Shown here one piece after another: positions 9,286 through 18,550 of a stretch of 64,000 bases of DNA. Origin of the DNA: an uncultured delta proteobacterium (lineage in GTDB: Bacteria > Desulfobacterota > Desulfuromonadia > Geobacterales > DSM-12255); assembly GCA_963787125.1 (NCBI GenBank), contig CAWBBV010000007.1, forward strand, positions 256,001 to 320,000. Reading direction: 5' to 3'. The translations under genes and the position numbers were made by a program. Every line of letters begins with the position of its first letter. The stretch's first letter is position 1. The notes below the pieces were generated by a model. It was not told the DNA's origin and did no database searches. It saw nothing but the letters and a program-made list of their open reading frames with translations.

Positions 9286-9446
9286 TTAAACGCAGAGCCG
9301 CAGAGGCACAGAGGAAAACAAAAATCCCAACAATGGGTTTCTATTTACTATGATTATTTGTTTATTTAGTGGTTTTCTCCGCGTCTCTGCGTCTCTGTGT
9401 TAAATACAGGTTTTAAAAAGGTGTCAAGATGGGCGTAGAAGCTATC
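9286..9446. repeat. Palindromic element copy 2 plus RBS/ATG that starts the intact GT2 gene
   Basis: tttaaacgcagagccgcagaggcacagagg ... ctccgcgtctctgcgtctctgtgttaaa then atacaggttttaaaaaggtgtcaagATGggcgtagaagctatc. Confidence 0.9.
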
Positions 9447-10391
9447 CTACCCAAAATATCTATAGTTACCCCCTCCTTCAACCAGGGTAAGTTCCTCGAA
9501 AAGACTATCCTCTCCGTGCTGGAGCAGGGATACCCCAATCTTGAATATATAATTATCGACGGCGGCAGTACGGACGAGTCGGTGGATATTATCAAAAAGT
9601 ACGCAGACCGTTTGACTTATTGGGTCAGCGAGCCGGATCGGGGCCAGAGTCACGCCATCAATAAGGGCTTTGAGCGGGCTACGGGGGAGATCTTCGGCTG
9701 GTTGAATTCGGATGACTGGTATCATCCGGGGGCGCTGCAAGCGGTGGCTGAGGCTTTTGCCGCCAATCCTGAGGCCGGGGCGGTGGTTGGGGCTGGGGAG
9801 ATGCTGTTTGAATCAACCAGAGACGTCATCCTGGTTGAACCTTTTTCAGTGAATTTAACGACTTTGTATGGTGCTGTTGACAAGTTTTTCATGCAACCTT
9901 CCTGTTTGTTTACTCACACTGCATGGCTTGAGTGTGGTCCTCTTGATGAAAATTTGCACCTTGCAATGGATCTGGATCTCTGGTTGCGGGTTGCAAAAAA
10001 ATATCGATTTGCTTTGACAGATATGAACCTTTCCACAAGTCTGGTTCATCCTTCAGCAAAAACAAAGGCATTGGCTGCGCAATCTTTAGTAGATGCATGT
10101 CTTGTTATTATGCGACATGGGGGAGTCAATGAAGGTAGAGGACGGCTGGTTAAATTCGTCGAAGAACTGTACGAAACAAGAGACAGACTGATTGCGGCTA
10201 ATGATAATATTGAATTTATAGCCAAGGAAATTGCTGAAATCAATACAGTAAAGTCTGCAAAAGAAAGCTTTGTTGAGAAGCTGCAAGAAGAGTTGGCGGC
10301 GAAAGATGCCCGTTTAACAGCCATGGAAAACTCTTTAAGTTGGAGAATTACAGATCCATTCAGAAAGATAGCGAACAAAATTATGTCCTGA
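9429..10391 (+). CDS. Glycosyltransferase family 2 with C-terminal coiled coil
   Basis: [33 protein letters not shown]-terminal helical segment ending SLSWRITDPFRK. Confidence 0.92.
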   Translation: MGVEAILPKISIVTPSFNQGKFLEKTILSVLEQGYPNLEYIIIDGGSTDESVDIIKKYADRLTYWVSEPDRGQSHAINKGFERATGEIFGWLNSDDWYHPGALQAVAEAFAANPEAGAVVGAGEMLFESTRDVILVEPFSVNLTTLYGAVDKFFMQPSCLFTHTAWLECGPLDENLHLAMDLDLWLRVAKKYRFALTDMNLSTSLVHPSAKTKALAAQSLVDACLVIMRHGGVNEGRGRLVKFVEELYETRDRLIAANDNIEFIAKEIAEINTVKSAKESFVEKLQEELAAKDARLTAMENSLSWRITDPFRKIANKIMS

Positions 10392-10447
10392 CCCTGAGCT
10401 TGATTTAACGCGATGCAAAAATATCATAACTGCTTCAGTAGCTGGAT

Positions 10448-13400
10448 GTGCGAATGAAAACTATATCGATAGCTGACAATATCAACAACAAAATTAAAGT
10501 TCTTTATCTGTCCCACTCTGCTGAACTATCTGGTGGCGGAGAAATATGTCTTTTAACCCTGTTGCGGCATCTGGATAGGGAGAGCATTGAACCGATCGTG
10601 TTATTCCCGACCGATGGGCCGTTCAAGGACGCTGTCGAGCGACTGTTAATCAAAACCTATATCGTGCCGATGGAATGGTGGGTGGAGACAGAATATGGCA
10701 TCCCTTTTCAGGATGAGAGTTTTGCTGAACGTGTCGGACTCATTGGCGAGATAATTGCGCAAGAGCAACCTGACATAATTCACACAAATACATCGGTGCT
10801 CTGGGAAGGGGCTGTTGCGGCAAGAATTCATAATGTCCGTCATGTCTGGCACATCCATGAAGTCTTGGCAGGGCACCCGAGTCTTACTCCAGTATTGCCA
10901 CTTTCACTGCTATACTTTGTTATTGAGACATTTACAGACAGAGTTGTTGCTGTGTCTGATACGGAAAAACGTGAGCTGACCAGATATATTTCCCCGGACA
11001 AAATTACTACAATTCATAACGGGGTTGAAGCGCGGCAATTTTCTCCGGAAACTGGAATTTCTCTCAGGGAAGAGTTGGGTATAGCTGCTGGAGATGCAAT
11101 CGCTCTGACTTTAGCTTCACTTGCCAGGTTCAAAGGGATTGACACACTGCTCGATGCGGCACTGCTTGTAAAAGAGAATAACGATAAGATCAGATTTGTT
11201 CTTGCCGGCAGCGGGACAGATGATGCTATTGAAGCACTGAACAAAAAGATTGCCCGGCTTGGTTTGGTGGATGTTATCCACTACCTCGGTTTTCGCAGTG
11301 ATGTCGAACATCTCCTGGCGGCAGCAAATTTTCTGGTGGTTTCCTCCATTAACGAATCCTTTTCACTGGTAACAGCAGAGGCGATGGCCGCTGGTAAGAC
11401 GGTCATAACAACGGATTGCGGTGGCCCTGCTGAACTGGTTATTGATGGTGAAACCGGATTTATTGTGCCTGTAGGTGATGCTTCGTTATTGCGAGAGAAA
11501 ATGCTTCAACTGACAGCAGATGAGCAGATGATGAAGACTATGGGCAATAACGGGCGTAAGCGGTTTATGGAATGTTTTACGGCTGACATTTATGCAGAGA
11601 AGTTCCTGCTTTTATATAAAGAAATTAGTCGTTTTCCTGGGCTGCCTACGCTAACTGGTAGCGAAAGCAGGTTGATTCAGGACGCGGCTTCTTTTTACCA
11701 GAACCATCTGGAAAAGATGAAGAAACTTCTTGCCCAAGAGAGGATAATCGCAGAAAAAAATTATCAGATCGCAGAGCGAAACCAACAGATCGAACTAAGA
11801 GATAATGAAATAAAATATCAAATAGAAGTCGGAAAGCAGAATGTTGCAGGGCTTGAGTATCGTCTGAATCAGCAGCTTGCCGAGCTGGAGTATCGTCTGA
11901 AACAGCAGCTTGTAGAGTTGGAACATCAACTGGCTTCGCGTGATTTAGAGATTCAAAATCTTGACGCACAACTCCAGCAGCGGGAGGAGCTGTTAGGGCA
12001 CAAAACACAGCAGTTGCGGCATAAGGATGAACTGCTGAACGCCACCTATGATTCCCTTTCCTGGCGGGTTACCAAGCCGCTCCGCAAGTCGCATGCCTTT
12101 ATTATGAGGTCGCTGATCTCTCTTGAAGGAGGAAAGCGCCAAGCTCCTTCAGTACAGATGCTGCCAGAGAAAGAACTGCTTATCCATGAACAGTTGCTCG
12201 GTGAACTGCGGACCGGTAAAGGCTCGACATTTGATGTCATCGTCTTTCCGGTTATCGACTGGCATTTTCGTATCCAGCGTCCCCAGCATCTAGCCATGAG
12301 TCTGGCGCGGGAGGGTCACCGCACTTTCTATCTGACAATAGATTTTATTGTGAGCGGTGAGCCGGGGTTTCAGCTTGTCGAGAACCCGGCTGAAAATGTG
12401 TTTATAGTGAGACTCGTCTGTTCGGCTCATCGCTCGCTCAATGTCTATCAGGACGTTATCGGCAAGGAGCAGCGCCAGTCGCTCGTGGCCTCGCTTCTGT
12501 CGTTATTCGATAGTTGTGGAGTGACAGATCTGGTTTCGATTATAGATTTACCTTTCTGGCAATCGGTGGCGACAGCACTTCCCGGCAATCTGGTAGTCTA
12601 TGACTGTATGGATCATCATGCCGGTTTTGCCACCAACTCCAATCGCATGCTCCGGGAGGAGCAGCAGCTTCTGGCCGGTGCCGATCTGGTTATTACAACA
12701 TCAGAGCGGTTGTCTCAGATTGTCGCCAAGAAGGCGGCGAATATTATCATCCGCAACGGCGCCGAGGTTGACTTTTTCTCCAAACGACCGCAAGAGCTGC
12801 AAATTTCGCAGGGGAAGCCGGTAGTCGGCTATTACGGAGCAATTGCAGAATGGTTCGATATTGATTTGGTCATCGCAGCTGCCAGGGCCTGTCCGGACTG
12901 GGAGTTCGTTCTGATTGGCTCCACTGCCGGTTGTGAAACCCGCGAAGCTCGTAACCTTGCCAATATCACCTTTATCGGTGAAGTTCCCTATGGAAGTCTG
13001 CCGGGCTACCTGTACGCCTTCGATGTCTGCATGATTCCTTTCAAGGTTATCGAGCTGACACTCTGTACCAATCCGGTGAAGGTGTACGAGTACCTGAGTG
13101 CCGGCAAGCCGGTGGTATCGACTGCACTGCCGGAAGTTCAACTCATGGGCGATGTGGTTCACTGTGCTTCATCCACGCCCCAGTTTATCACTGCGCTGCA
13201 GGTTGCCATGCTGGAGAGCAGCGACACAGAGCTTGCCCGTCGCCGGGCAACCTGGGCTCAGCAGCATGATTGGCGTGAGCGGGCGCGGCAGTTGACCCAG
13301 ACGCTGCATGGGCTTTTTCCGAAAGTGAGTGTGGTGGTTCTTACCTACAATAACCTGGACCTGACCAAAGAGTGTCTCGCCAGCCTGCTGACAGAATCCG

Positions 13401-14080
13401 TTTATCCGGAGTGGGAGCTGATCATTGTTGACAACGCCTCCAGCGACGGCTCGCGGGAGTATCTGACGGAGTTTGCGCAACTGCATCCCCAGACTAAATT
13501 GATCCTCAATGATAAAAATCTCGGCTTTGCCGCGGGTAATAATGTGGGTCTCAAGGTTGCCACCGGGGATTATCTGGTCATCCTCAACAACGATACCAGG
13601 GTGACGCCGGGGTGGATGACCGATCTTGTCCGTCATCTGCGCCGGAATGAGCATCTGGGTCTGGTCGGGCCGGTGACTAACAGCATCGGTAACGAGGCGC
13701 AGATTGCCATTGTCTACCACAAAATAGAGGAGATGCGGACAAAGGCGGCGGAATATACCTCCAGTCACGCACGCAAGCGAATTGATGTCGAGACCGTAGC
13801 TTTCTTTTGTGTGGCCATGCGCCGTTCCACCTGGGAAAAGGTTGGGCCGCTTGATGAGGCGTTCACGGTAGGCTTTTTCGAGGATGACGATTACTGCCGG
13901 CGGGTTGCGCAGGCGGGGCTGAAGGTCGCCATTGCCGAGGATGTCTTTGTCCATCACCAGCATTCGGCTTCATTCAATATTCTGCCGCCGGAAGAAAAAC
14001 AGGCAATCTTTGAGCGCAACAAGCAGGTCTTCGAAGCAAAGTGGGGGAAGTGGATTCCTCATGCCTACCGCAGTAAATGA
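10448..14080 (+). CDS. Large multidomain glycosyltransferase (GT4 - coiled coil - GT4-like - GT2)
   Basis: ESFSLVTAEAMAAG (GT4); Q/E/L-rich coiled coil and SWRVTKPLR; QRPQHLA...NPVKVYEYLSAGKPVV; VSVVVLTYN, VDNASSD, LNNDT, FFEDDDYC (GT2). Confidence 0.9.
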   Translation: MRMKTISIADNINNKIKVLYLSHSAELSGGGEICLLTLLRHLDRESIEPIVLFPTDGPFKDAVERLLIKTYIVPMEWWVETEYGIPFQDESFAERVGLIGEIIAQEQPDIIHTNTSVLWEGAVAARIHNVRHVWHIHEVLAGHPSLTPVLPLSLLYFVIETFTDRVVAVSDTEKRELTRYISPDKITTIHNGVEARQFSPETGISLREELGIAAGDAIALTLASLARFKGIDTLLDAALLVKENNDKIRFVLAGSGTDDAIEALNKKIARLGLVDVIHYLGFRSDVEHLLAAANFLVVSSINESFSLVTAEAMAAGKTVITTDCGGPAELVIDGETGFIVPVGDASLLREKMLQLTADEQMMKTMGNNGRKRFMECFTADIYAEKFLLLYKEISRFPGLPTLTGSESRLIQDAASFYQNHLEKMKKLLAQERIIAEKNYQIAERNQQIELRDNEIKYQIEVGKQNVAGLEYRLNQQLAELEYRLKQQLVELEHQLASRDLEIQNLDAQLQQREELLGHKTQQLRHKDELLNATYDSLSWRVTKPLRKSHAFIMRSLISLEGGKRQAPSVQMLPEKELLIHEQLLGELRTGKGSTFDVIVFPVIDWHFRIQRPQHLAMSLAREGHRTFYLTIDFIVSGEPGFQLVENPAENVFIVRLVCSAHRSLNVYQDVIGKEQRQSLVASLLSLFDSCGVTDLVSIIDLPFWQSVATALPGNLVVYDCMDHHAGFATNSNRMLREEQQLLAGADLVITTSERLSQIVAKKAANIIIRNGAEVDFFSKRPQELQISQGKPVVGYYGAIAEWFDIDLVIAAARACPDWEFVLIGSTAGCETREARNLANITFIGEVPYGSLPGYLYAFDVCMIPFKVIELTLCTNPVKVYEYLSAGKPVVSTALPEVQLMGDVVHCASSTPQFITALQVAMLESSDTELARRRATWAQQHDWRERARQLTQTLHGLFPKVSVVVLTYNNLDLTKECLASLLTESVYPEWELIIVDNASSDGSREYLTEFAQLHPQTKLILNDKNLGFAAGNNVGLKVATGDYLVILNNDTRVTPGWMTDLVRHLRRNEHLGLVGPVTNSIGNEAQIAIVYHKIEEMRTKAAEYTSSHARKRIDVETVAFFCVAMRRSTWEKVGPLDEAFTVGFFEDDDYCRRVAQAGLKVAIAEDVFVHHQHSASFNILPPEEKQAIFERNKQVFEAKWGKWIPHAYRSK
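11852..11932 (+). repeat. 33-bp in-frame tandem repeat (LEYRLxQQLxE) in the coiled coil
   Basis: cttgagtatcgtctgaatcagcagcttgccgag / ctggagtatcgtctgaaacagcagcttgtagag / partial third copy. Confidence 0.8.
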
Positions 14081-14098
14081 CCAGTTATTTACAGATTC

Positions 14099-16149
14099 AT
14101 GCACATTCTTAAACTATTCGGGAGCAGTATGTGGCCATTTGGGCAGTTATCTAGTAACCGCCGGCAAGAGTCGCTGTATCAGCGGATACAGAATCTGCCC
14201 GGATGGTTTAAGTGGACGGAGCGCCGCGCGCGCTATCGTGAGATTGTCTCCGGCGCTGAACCGTATCATGGCAGACCACACACGGTAATCCTCGATCTCA
14301 CCTCACGCTGCAACCTGCGCTGCGCCATGTGTTTTCAGTCTCTCCACGCCAAAGGCAGCTTTGTCACAAGTGATCTCAGTGACGACTGCCTGGAGCATTC
14401 ACTCAGCTTTACAGCATCTGCGTCGCAGGTTAATCTTTTCGGCACGGGCGAGCCGTTTCTGGCGAAAAAACTGGAAGAGGTAGTCACGACTCTCCATTCG
14501 AGTGTAGACGAGATCGTGATCAGCACGAACGGCACGATTTACAATGAGAGGATTACCCGCTCACTAGGCAAGGTGACCCGTTTGATTTTCAGTATCGACA
14601 GTGCTGACGCGGAGCAATTCGAGCGGATCAGGGTTGGTGCACGGTTCGAAAATGTCTTGGATAATATTCAGGTCATCAGGCGAGACTTCCCGAAACTTTA
14701 TCTTTCGTTCGCGGTGACTGTTGCCCGTTACAATCTGCAGGAATGCGCCGCAATTATGGAGTTAGCTGCTTCTTTGGGGGTGAATCACATCCAGTATCAT
14801 AGAATGAGTGCCATCGGTGAGGCGATGCAGCAGGAGGAGTTGAACGGCAGTGATGCCCTTGTCGTTGCCGATGTTTACCGTGAATTGAGTGCCATGGCAG
14901 AGCGCACGGGCGTTACTTTTAGCTGGGGTGTCATATGCCGATGAGGAATGTTGATTGGAGTTTGCTCGGGGTTAAACTGCCCTACTGTCTGGCTCCCTGG
15001 ATGGTTGCCTACATCCAGTCTGACGGTCTGGTTCGGCCCTGTTGCATCCATCCTCCAACACTGGGCAATACGAATGTCAATACTATGGAGGAGATCTGGA
15101 ACGCACCCTCTTTTGCCGGATTGCGACAGTCTATGCTTGGTCGGGCACCTCTACCAGAAATATGTACAACATGCAATGATGGCTTGCGCTATGTAAATGT
15201 GGATGAATATGTATTATTCCAGATGGAGGAGATGTGTGCACGAAATGAATCCGATAAGGTTCTGCGGCTATTTGAAACTCTGGCACAGCAAAATGTTCTC
15301 ATAGAAGGTGCTATTCCGATTATTGCCCTGCTGTTGGAGGACATGAGATCTAACGGCGAACTCTTAGAGGCTTTGAGATTCTTTGAATCTCTGGTGAAGC
15401 ATAAAGTGCTGCTTATCGAAGCCATGCCTATAATTGCTCTTCTCTTGGAAGATTTGAGCGCAACCGGTGAAATTCATAAGGTTTTGCGATTGTTTGAATC
15501 TCTGGTGCAGCATAATGTTGTAATTGTAGAAGCTTTTCCGCTTATAAGTAAGTTGCTGGAACAGATGTATGCTCAAGGTGAAGCAGAAGAGGCCAGGCGG
15601 CTGTTCACTAATCTGGTGCAGCATAATGTAGTGATCGTTGAAGCTTTTCCTCTTATCAGCAGGTTGTTAAAGAAGATGTGTGCTGAGGGTGAAATCGAAG
15701 AGGCCAAACGCCTGTTCACTGATCTGGTGCTGAATAAAGTGATCATCTTTAAAGCGGTACGGTTTATGGCGCCACTTTTTGGCACCCATTATTTTTATTG
15801 GTGCTCGTTTATTCCTCCTCAAAGAGCTTTACTCTGGAAGGTTTGGTATGTTGGCTATCTTGTCCAACTATTTTTTGCCGGGGAAAGGTTGCAGGGGGCG
15901 CCGTTCAGCTTCGATCCCATGTTTTGGTGGCATGTTTCCGGAAAGTTTCCCGAAGTCGCTGATAGACTTAAAAAACTGGTCGGGATCTGTTACTCTTCTG
16001 AAGAAGAATTGTTTCAAGCAGTTGGGCATTGCATTGGTGCTGAACTAACGGAAGAGTGCCGACCGTTGCTCGAAGCCGAGCTGGTAATGATTCGTGACCC
16101 GCGAAGACTGGGGAGAGAGTTGTTGCGGCGTCTGGTGACGCGGCAATAA
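14099..16149 (+). CDS. Radical SAM/SPASM protein with C-terminal 37-aa helical repeats; split by a 1-nt frameshift near 14925-14944
   Basis: CNLRCAMC (CxxxCxxC) and GEPF in 14099..14944; CLAPW...PCC...CTTC SPASM/twitch domain in 14935..16149; one extra G in the gggg at 14925-14928 fuses them. Confidence 0.75.
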
Positions 16150-16188
16150 TAGTCTGAAGCGATAGGCTGAATTACTTCAAGAGGGTAC

Positions 16189-16949
16189 ATGGAGCTGTCA
16201 TTATTATTCAAATTTATTAGAAATATGAAATGGCATTGTCTCGGAAAATGTACGGTCTGTGGTAGACGCAGCTTATTTCTGTGTCTGTATGATCAGGTTG
16301 ATGCCCAAAACCAGATGAGCTGTATTTTCTGTCATAGCTCTTCACGAAAAAGGCACGTGGCAAAAATTATCAGAGATATTTTTTGTTTCAATGCACCATT
16401 CAAACATATCACCAGTACCGGCATATCCATTTATAACACCGAAAGGAAAACATTTTCAGTCACTATCATGCAGGCTATGAAGGCTATCACTGTTCGAGTT
16501 ATTGGCCGGATGTTTTGCCGGGCAAGGAAATCAGTAAGAATGTATCCTGTCAGGACTTGCAGCAGTTCAGCTTCCCGGACGAAAAATTTGATTTGGTAAT
16601 CACAGAGGATGTTCTTGAGCATGTACGGGATGATGCGGCTGCTTTCGGGGAGATTTACCGGGTACTTAAACCGGGCGGGCGGCATGTGTTTACAATTCCT
16701 TTCCTGTTGGACATGCCAACGTTAACCAGGATCGATACTTCAACGCATGAAGACCTGATGCTGTTGCCGCCCGAATGCCATGGGGATTCTCTTCGGGGGC
16801 AGATTATCACCTATAGAACCTATGGGAACGATCTTTTCGCAGAACTGGAAAAGGTCGGGTTCAACACCAGCATGTTCATATCCCGCTATGAAGATCTCAG
16901 TTATGGCATCGTCGACAGTTATGTATTTGTATCGATTAAAGAAAGGTGA
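16189..16949 (+). CDS. Class I SAM-dependent methyltransferase with N-terminal Cys motifs; frameshifted near 16441-16450
   Basis: CTVC...CIFCHSSSRKRH then, in the shifted frame, QDLQQFSFPDEKFDLVITEDVLEHV...LKPGGRHVFTIP; +1 A in gaaagg restores the frame. Confidence 0.75.
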
Positions 16950-16955
16950 AATTAT

Positions 16956-18449
16956 ATGGATAAGTTAAAAAGTAACTGTATGTCAGAATTCAACCTTTCT
17001 ACCGATACGACCTTTGTCATACGGAATATATCCCGGATTCACTCCCTAAAGAGCTTGGTCAGTGCCTTACTCCATCCGCGAGCGTTGCTAAATAGACTGT
17101 TAGCCTCTAGAAGTATGTCTCCCTGGATTGAAACTGTTCATACTACTCCTTCGCGCTTAGGACTGGTTTTGTTGGCAGGAAATGAGTCTGTTTTTCCGAA
17201 TGTAAAAGTTGGTGAAAATTACAGGCTGTTCATCTGTTTTGGGAGTGGACTGCCAGAAATCAGCAAAGATGGTCTCGGGGTAATTATCAAGTTCTTGGAA
17301 ATTAATAAAGAACCGCGAGCCATTTGGTCGTACCATCTTCCGTCAGCAACAGTTGGCGCAACATTCCTCGAGTTAGAAATTGATATCGGATTCTTATGTA
17401 ATTGTGTCGGCAGGTTCTCAGTAGAATGCAACCCTGGTCCGGAGTCAGATCCGAGGGCTGATTGGTTGGCAGTATACGAACTGGTGGGTTGTCATTCAAA
17501 GAGAGTTAGTCTAATGCGGGCTCGAGCATTTCAAGATATCAGGATAAAAAATGAGCTGGCTCATTTTGAACATGTCTACAGTCACGATATGTATAAATCT
17601 GATACCAAGCCTGAAATAGCGCTCCCAAAGTTAAATCCGTATAATTTCGCTCACGAGCTCATGAGAAAAGGGGTAGCGAAAAATCCGCCTGATTTTCACA
17701 AAAGATTTGCCGAAAAAGCAGTAGGTGCAAACTTCCAGGTATTGTCGTTATGTTGCGGTGCCGCCAGATTCGAAGCATCTTTTGCACAGACTACTACAGC
17801 AGCAATCGAAATTACTCTTTTTGATCTGAATGAAAAGCTGCTTGTTGATGCGAAATCTAAATTTCCTGGGAATTGCACGGTCGAAACGGTATGCGGCAAT
17901 ATTAATGACATATCAGGTTGGGGTAAAAAGTATGACGTGATCATCTGCATATCTGCGCTTCATCATGTTGTTGAACTGGAGAAACTGTTTTGCTTTATCG
18001 ACAGTGCGTTAAAGCCGGAGGGTGAATTCTGGGTGATAGGAGAATATATCGGCAAGAATGGTAACAGGTTATGGCCGGAGGCATATACTGTCGCCAACAA
18101 TTACTTTAAGTCGCTGCCGGAAAAATATCGAATCAATCATTGTGCTTATGGTACCCCTCAGGTTGATAGTGAACTTCCAAATGTAGATTGTTCTATTAAA
18201 ACATTTGAGGGGATCCGCAGCCAGGATATCGAAGGATGCTTGTCTGATTATTTCGAAGAAGTATATTCATTAAAAGAAGACTGCTTTTTATGGAGATTAT
18301 TCGATCTTTCATACTACGAAAATTTTACAGAAGACAATGAGGACGTCAAAAACTATATTCGTGAAGCTGTCTCATTGGAACTGCAATTTTATAATGCTGG
18401 CGGGAAGCCTACTACCCTGAACGGTATATACAAAGCAAAAAGGCGGTAG
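16956..18449 (+). CDS. Class I SAM-dependent methyltransferase with N-terminal extension
   Basis: VLSLCCGAA motif I, FDLNE, YDVIICISALHHV, LKPEGEF. Confidence 0.75.
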   Translation: MDKLKSNCMSEFNLSTDTTFVIRNISRIHSLKSLVSALLHPRALLNRLLASRSMSPWIETVHTTPSRLGLVLLAGNESVFPNVKVGENYRLFICFGSGLPEISKDGLGVIIKFLEINKEPRAIWSYHLPSATVGATFLELEIDIGFLCNCVGRFSVECNPGPESDPRADWLAVYELVGCHSKRVSLMRARAFQDIRIKNELAHFEHVYSHDMYKSDTKPEIALPKLNPYNFAHELMRKGVAKNPPDFHKRFAEKAVGANFQVLSLCCGAARFEASFAQTTTAAIEITLFDLNEKLLVDAKSKFPGNCTVETVCGNINDISGWGKKYDVIICISALHHVVELEKLFCFIDSALKPEGEFWVIGEYIGKNGNRLWPEAYTVANNYFKSLPEKYRINHCAYGTPQVDSELPNVDCSIKTFEGIRSQDIEGCLSDYFEEVYSLKEDCFLWRLFDLSYYENFTEDNEDVKNYIREAVSLELQFYNAGGKPTTLNGIYKAKRR

Positions 18450-18550
18450 GCGAAGTTGTCAGTCTTGCCAATTGTAGTTCTGGATGTTTGAATCCCGAAA
18501 CCTCAGGTAGAAACAAACCCTGGTTAAGAGATCATGAAGACACTTTATAA

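Noticed and set aside
9064..9446. Possible CRISPR array (repeats with spacers near a nuclease gene)
   Set aside because: Only two long units, their internal spacers are near-identical rather than unique, and there are no cas genes.
7626..9446. Classical integron cassette array
   Set aside because: No IntI tyrosine recombinase and no recognisable attC (RYYYAAC...GTTRRRY) structure.
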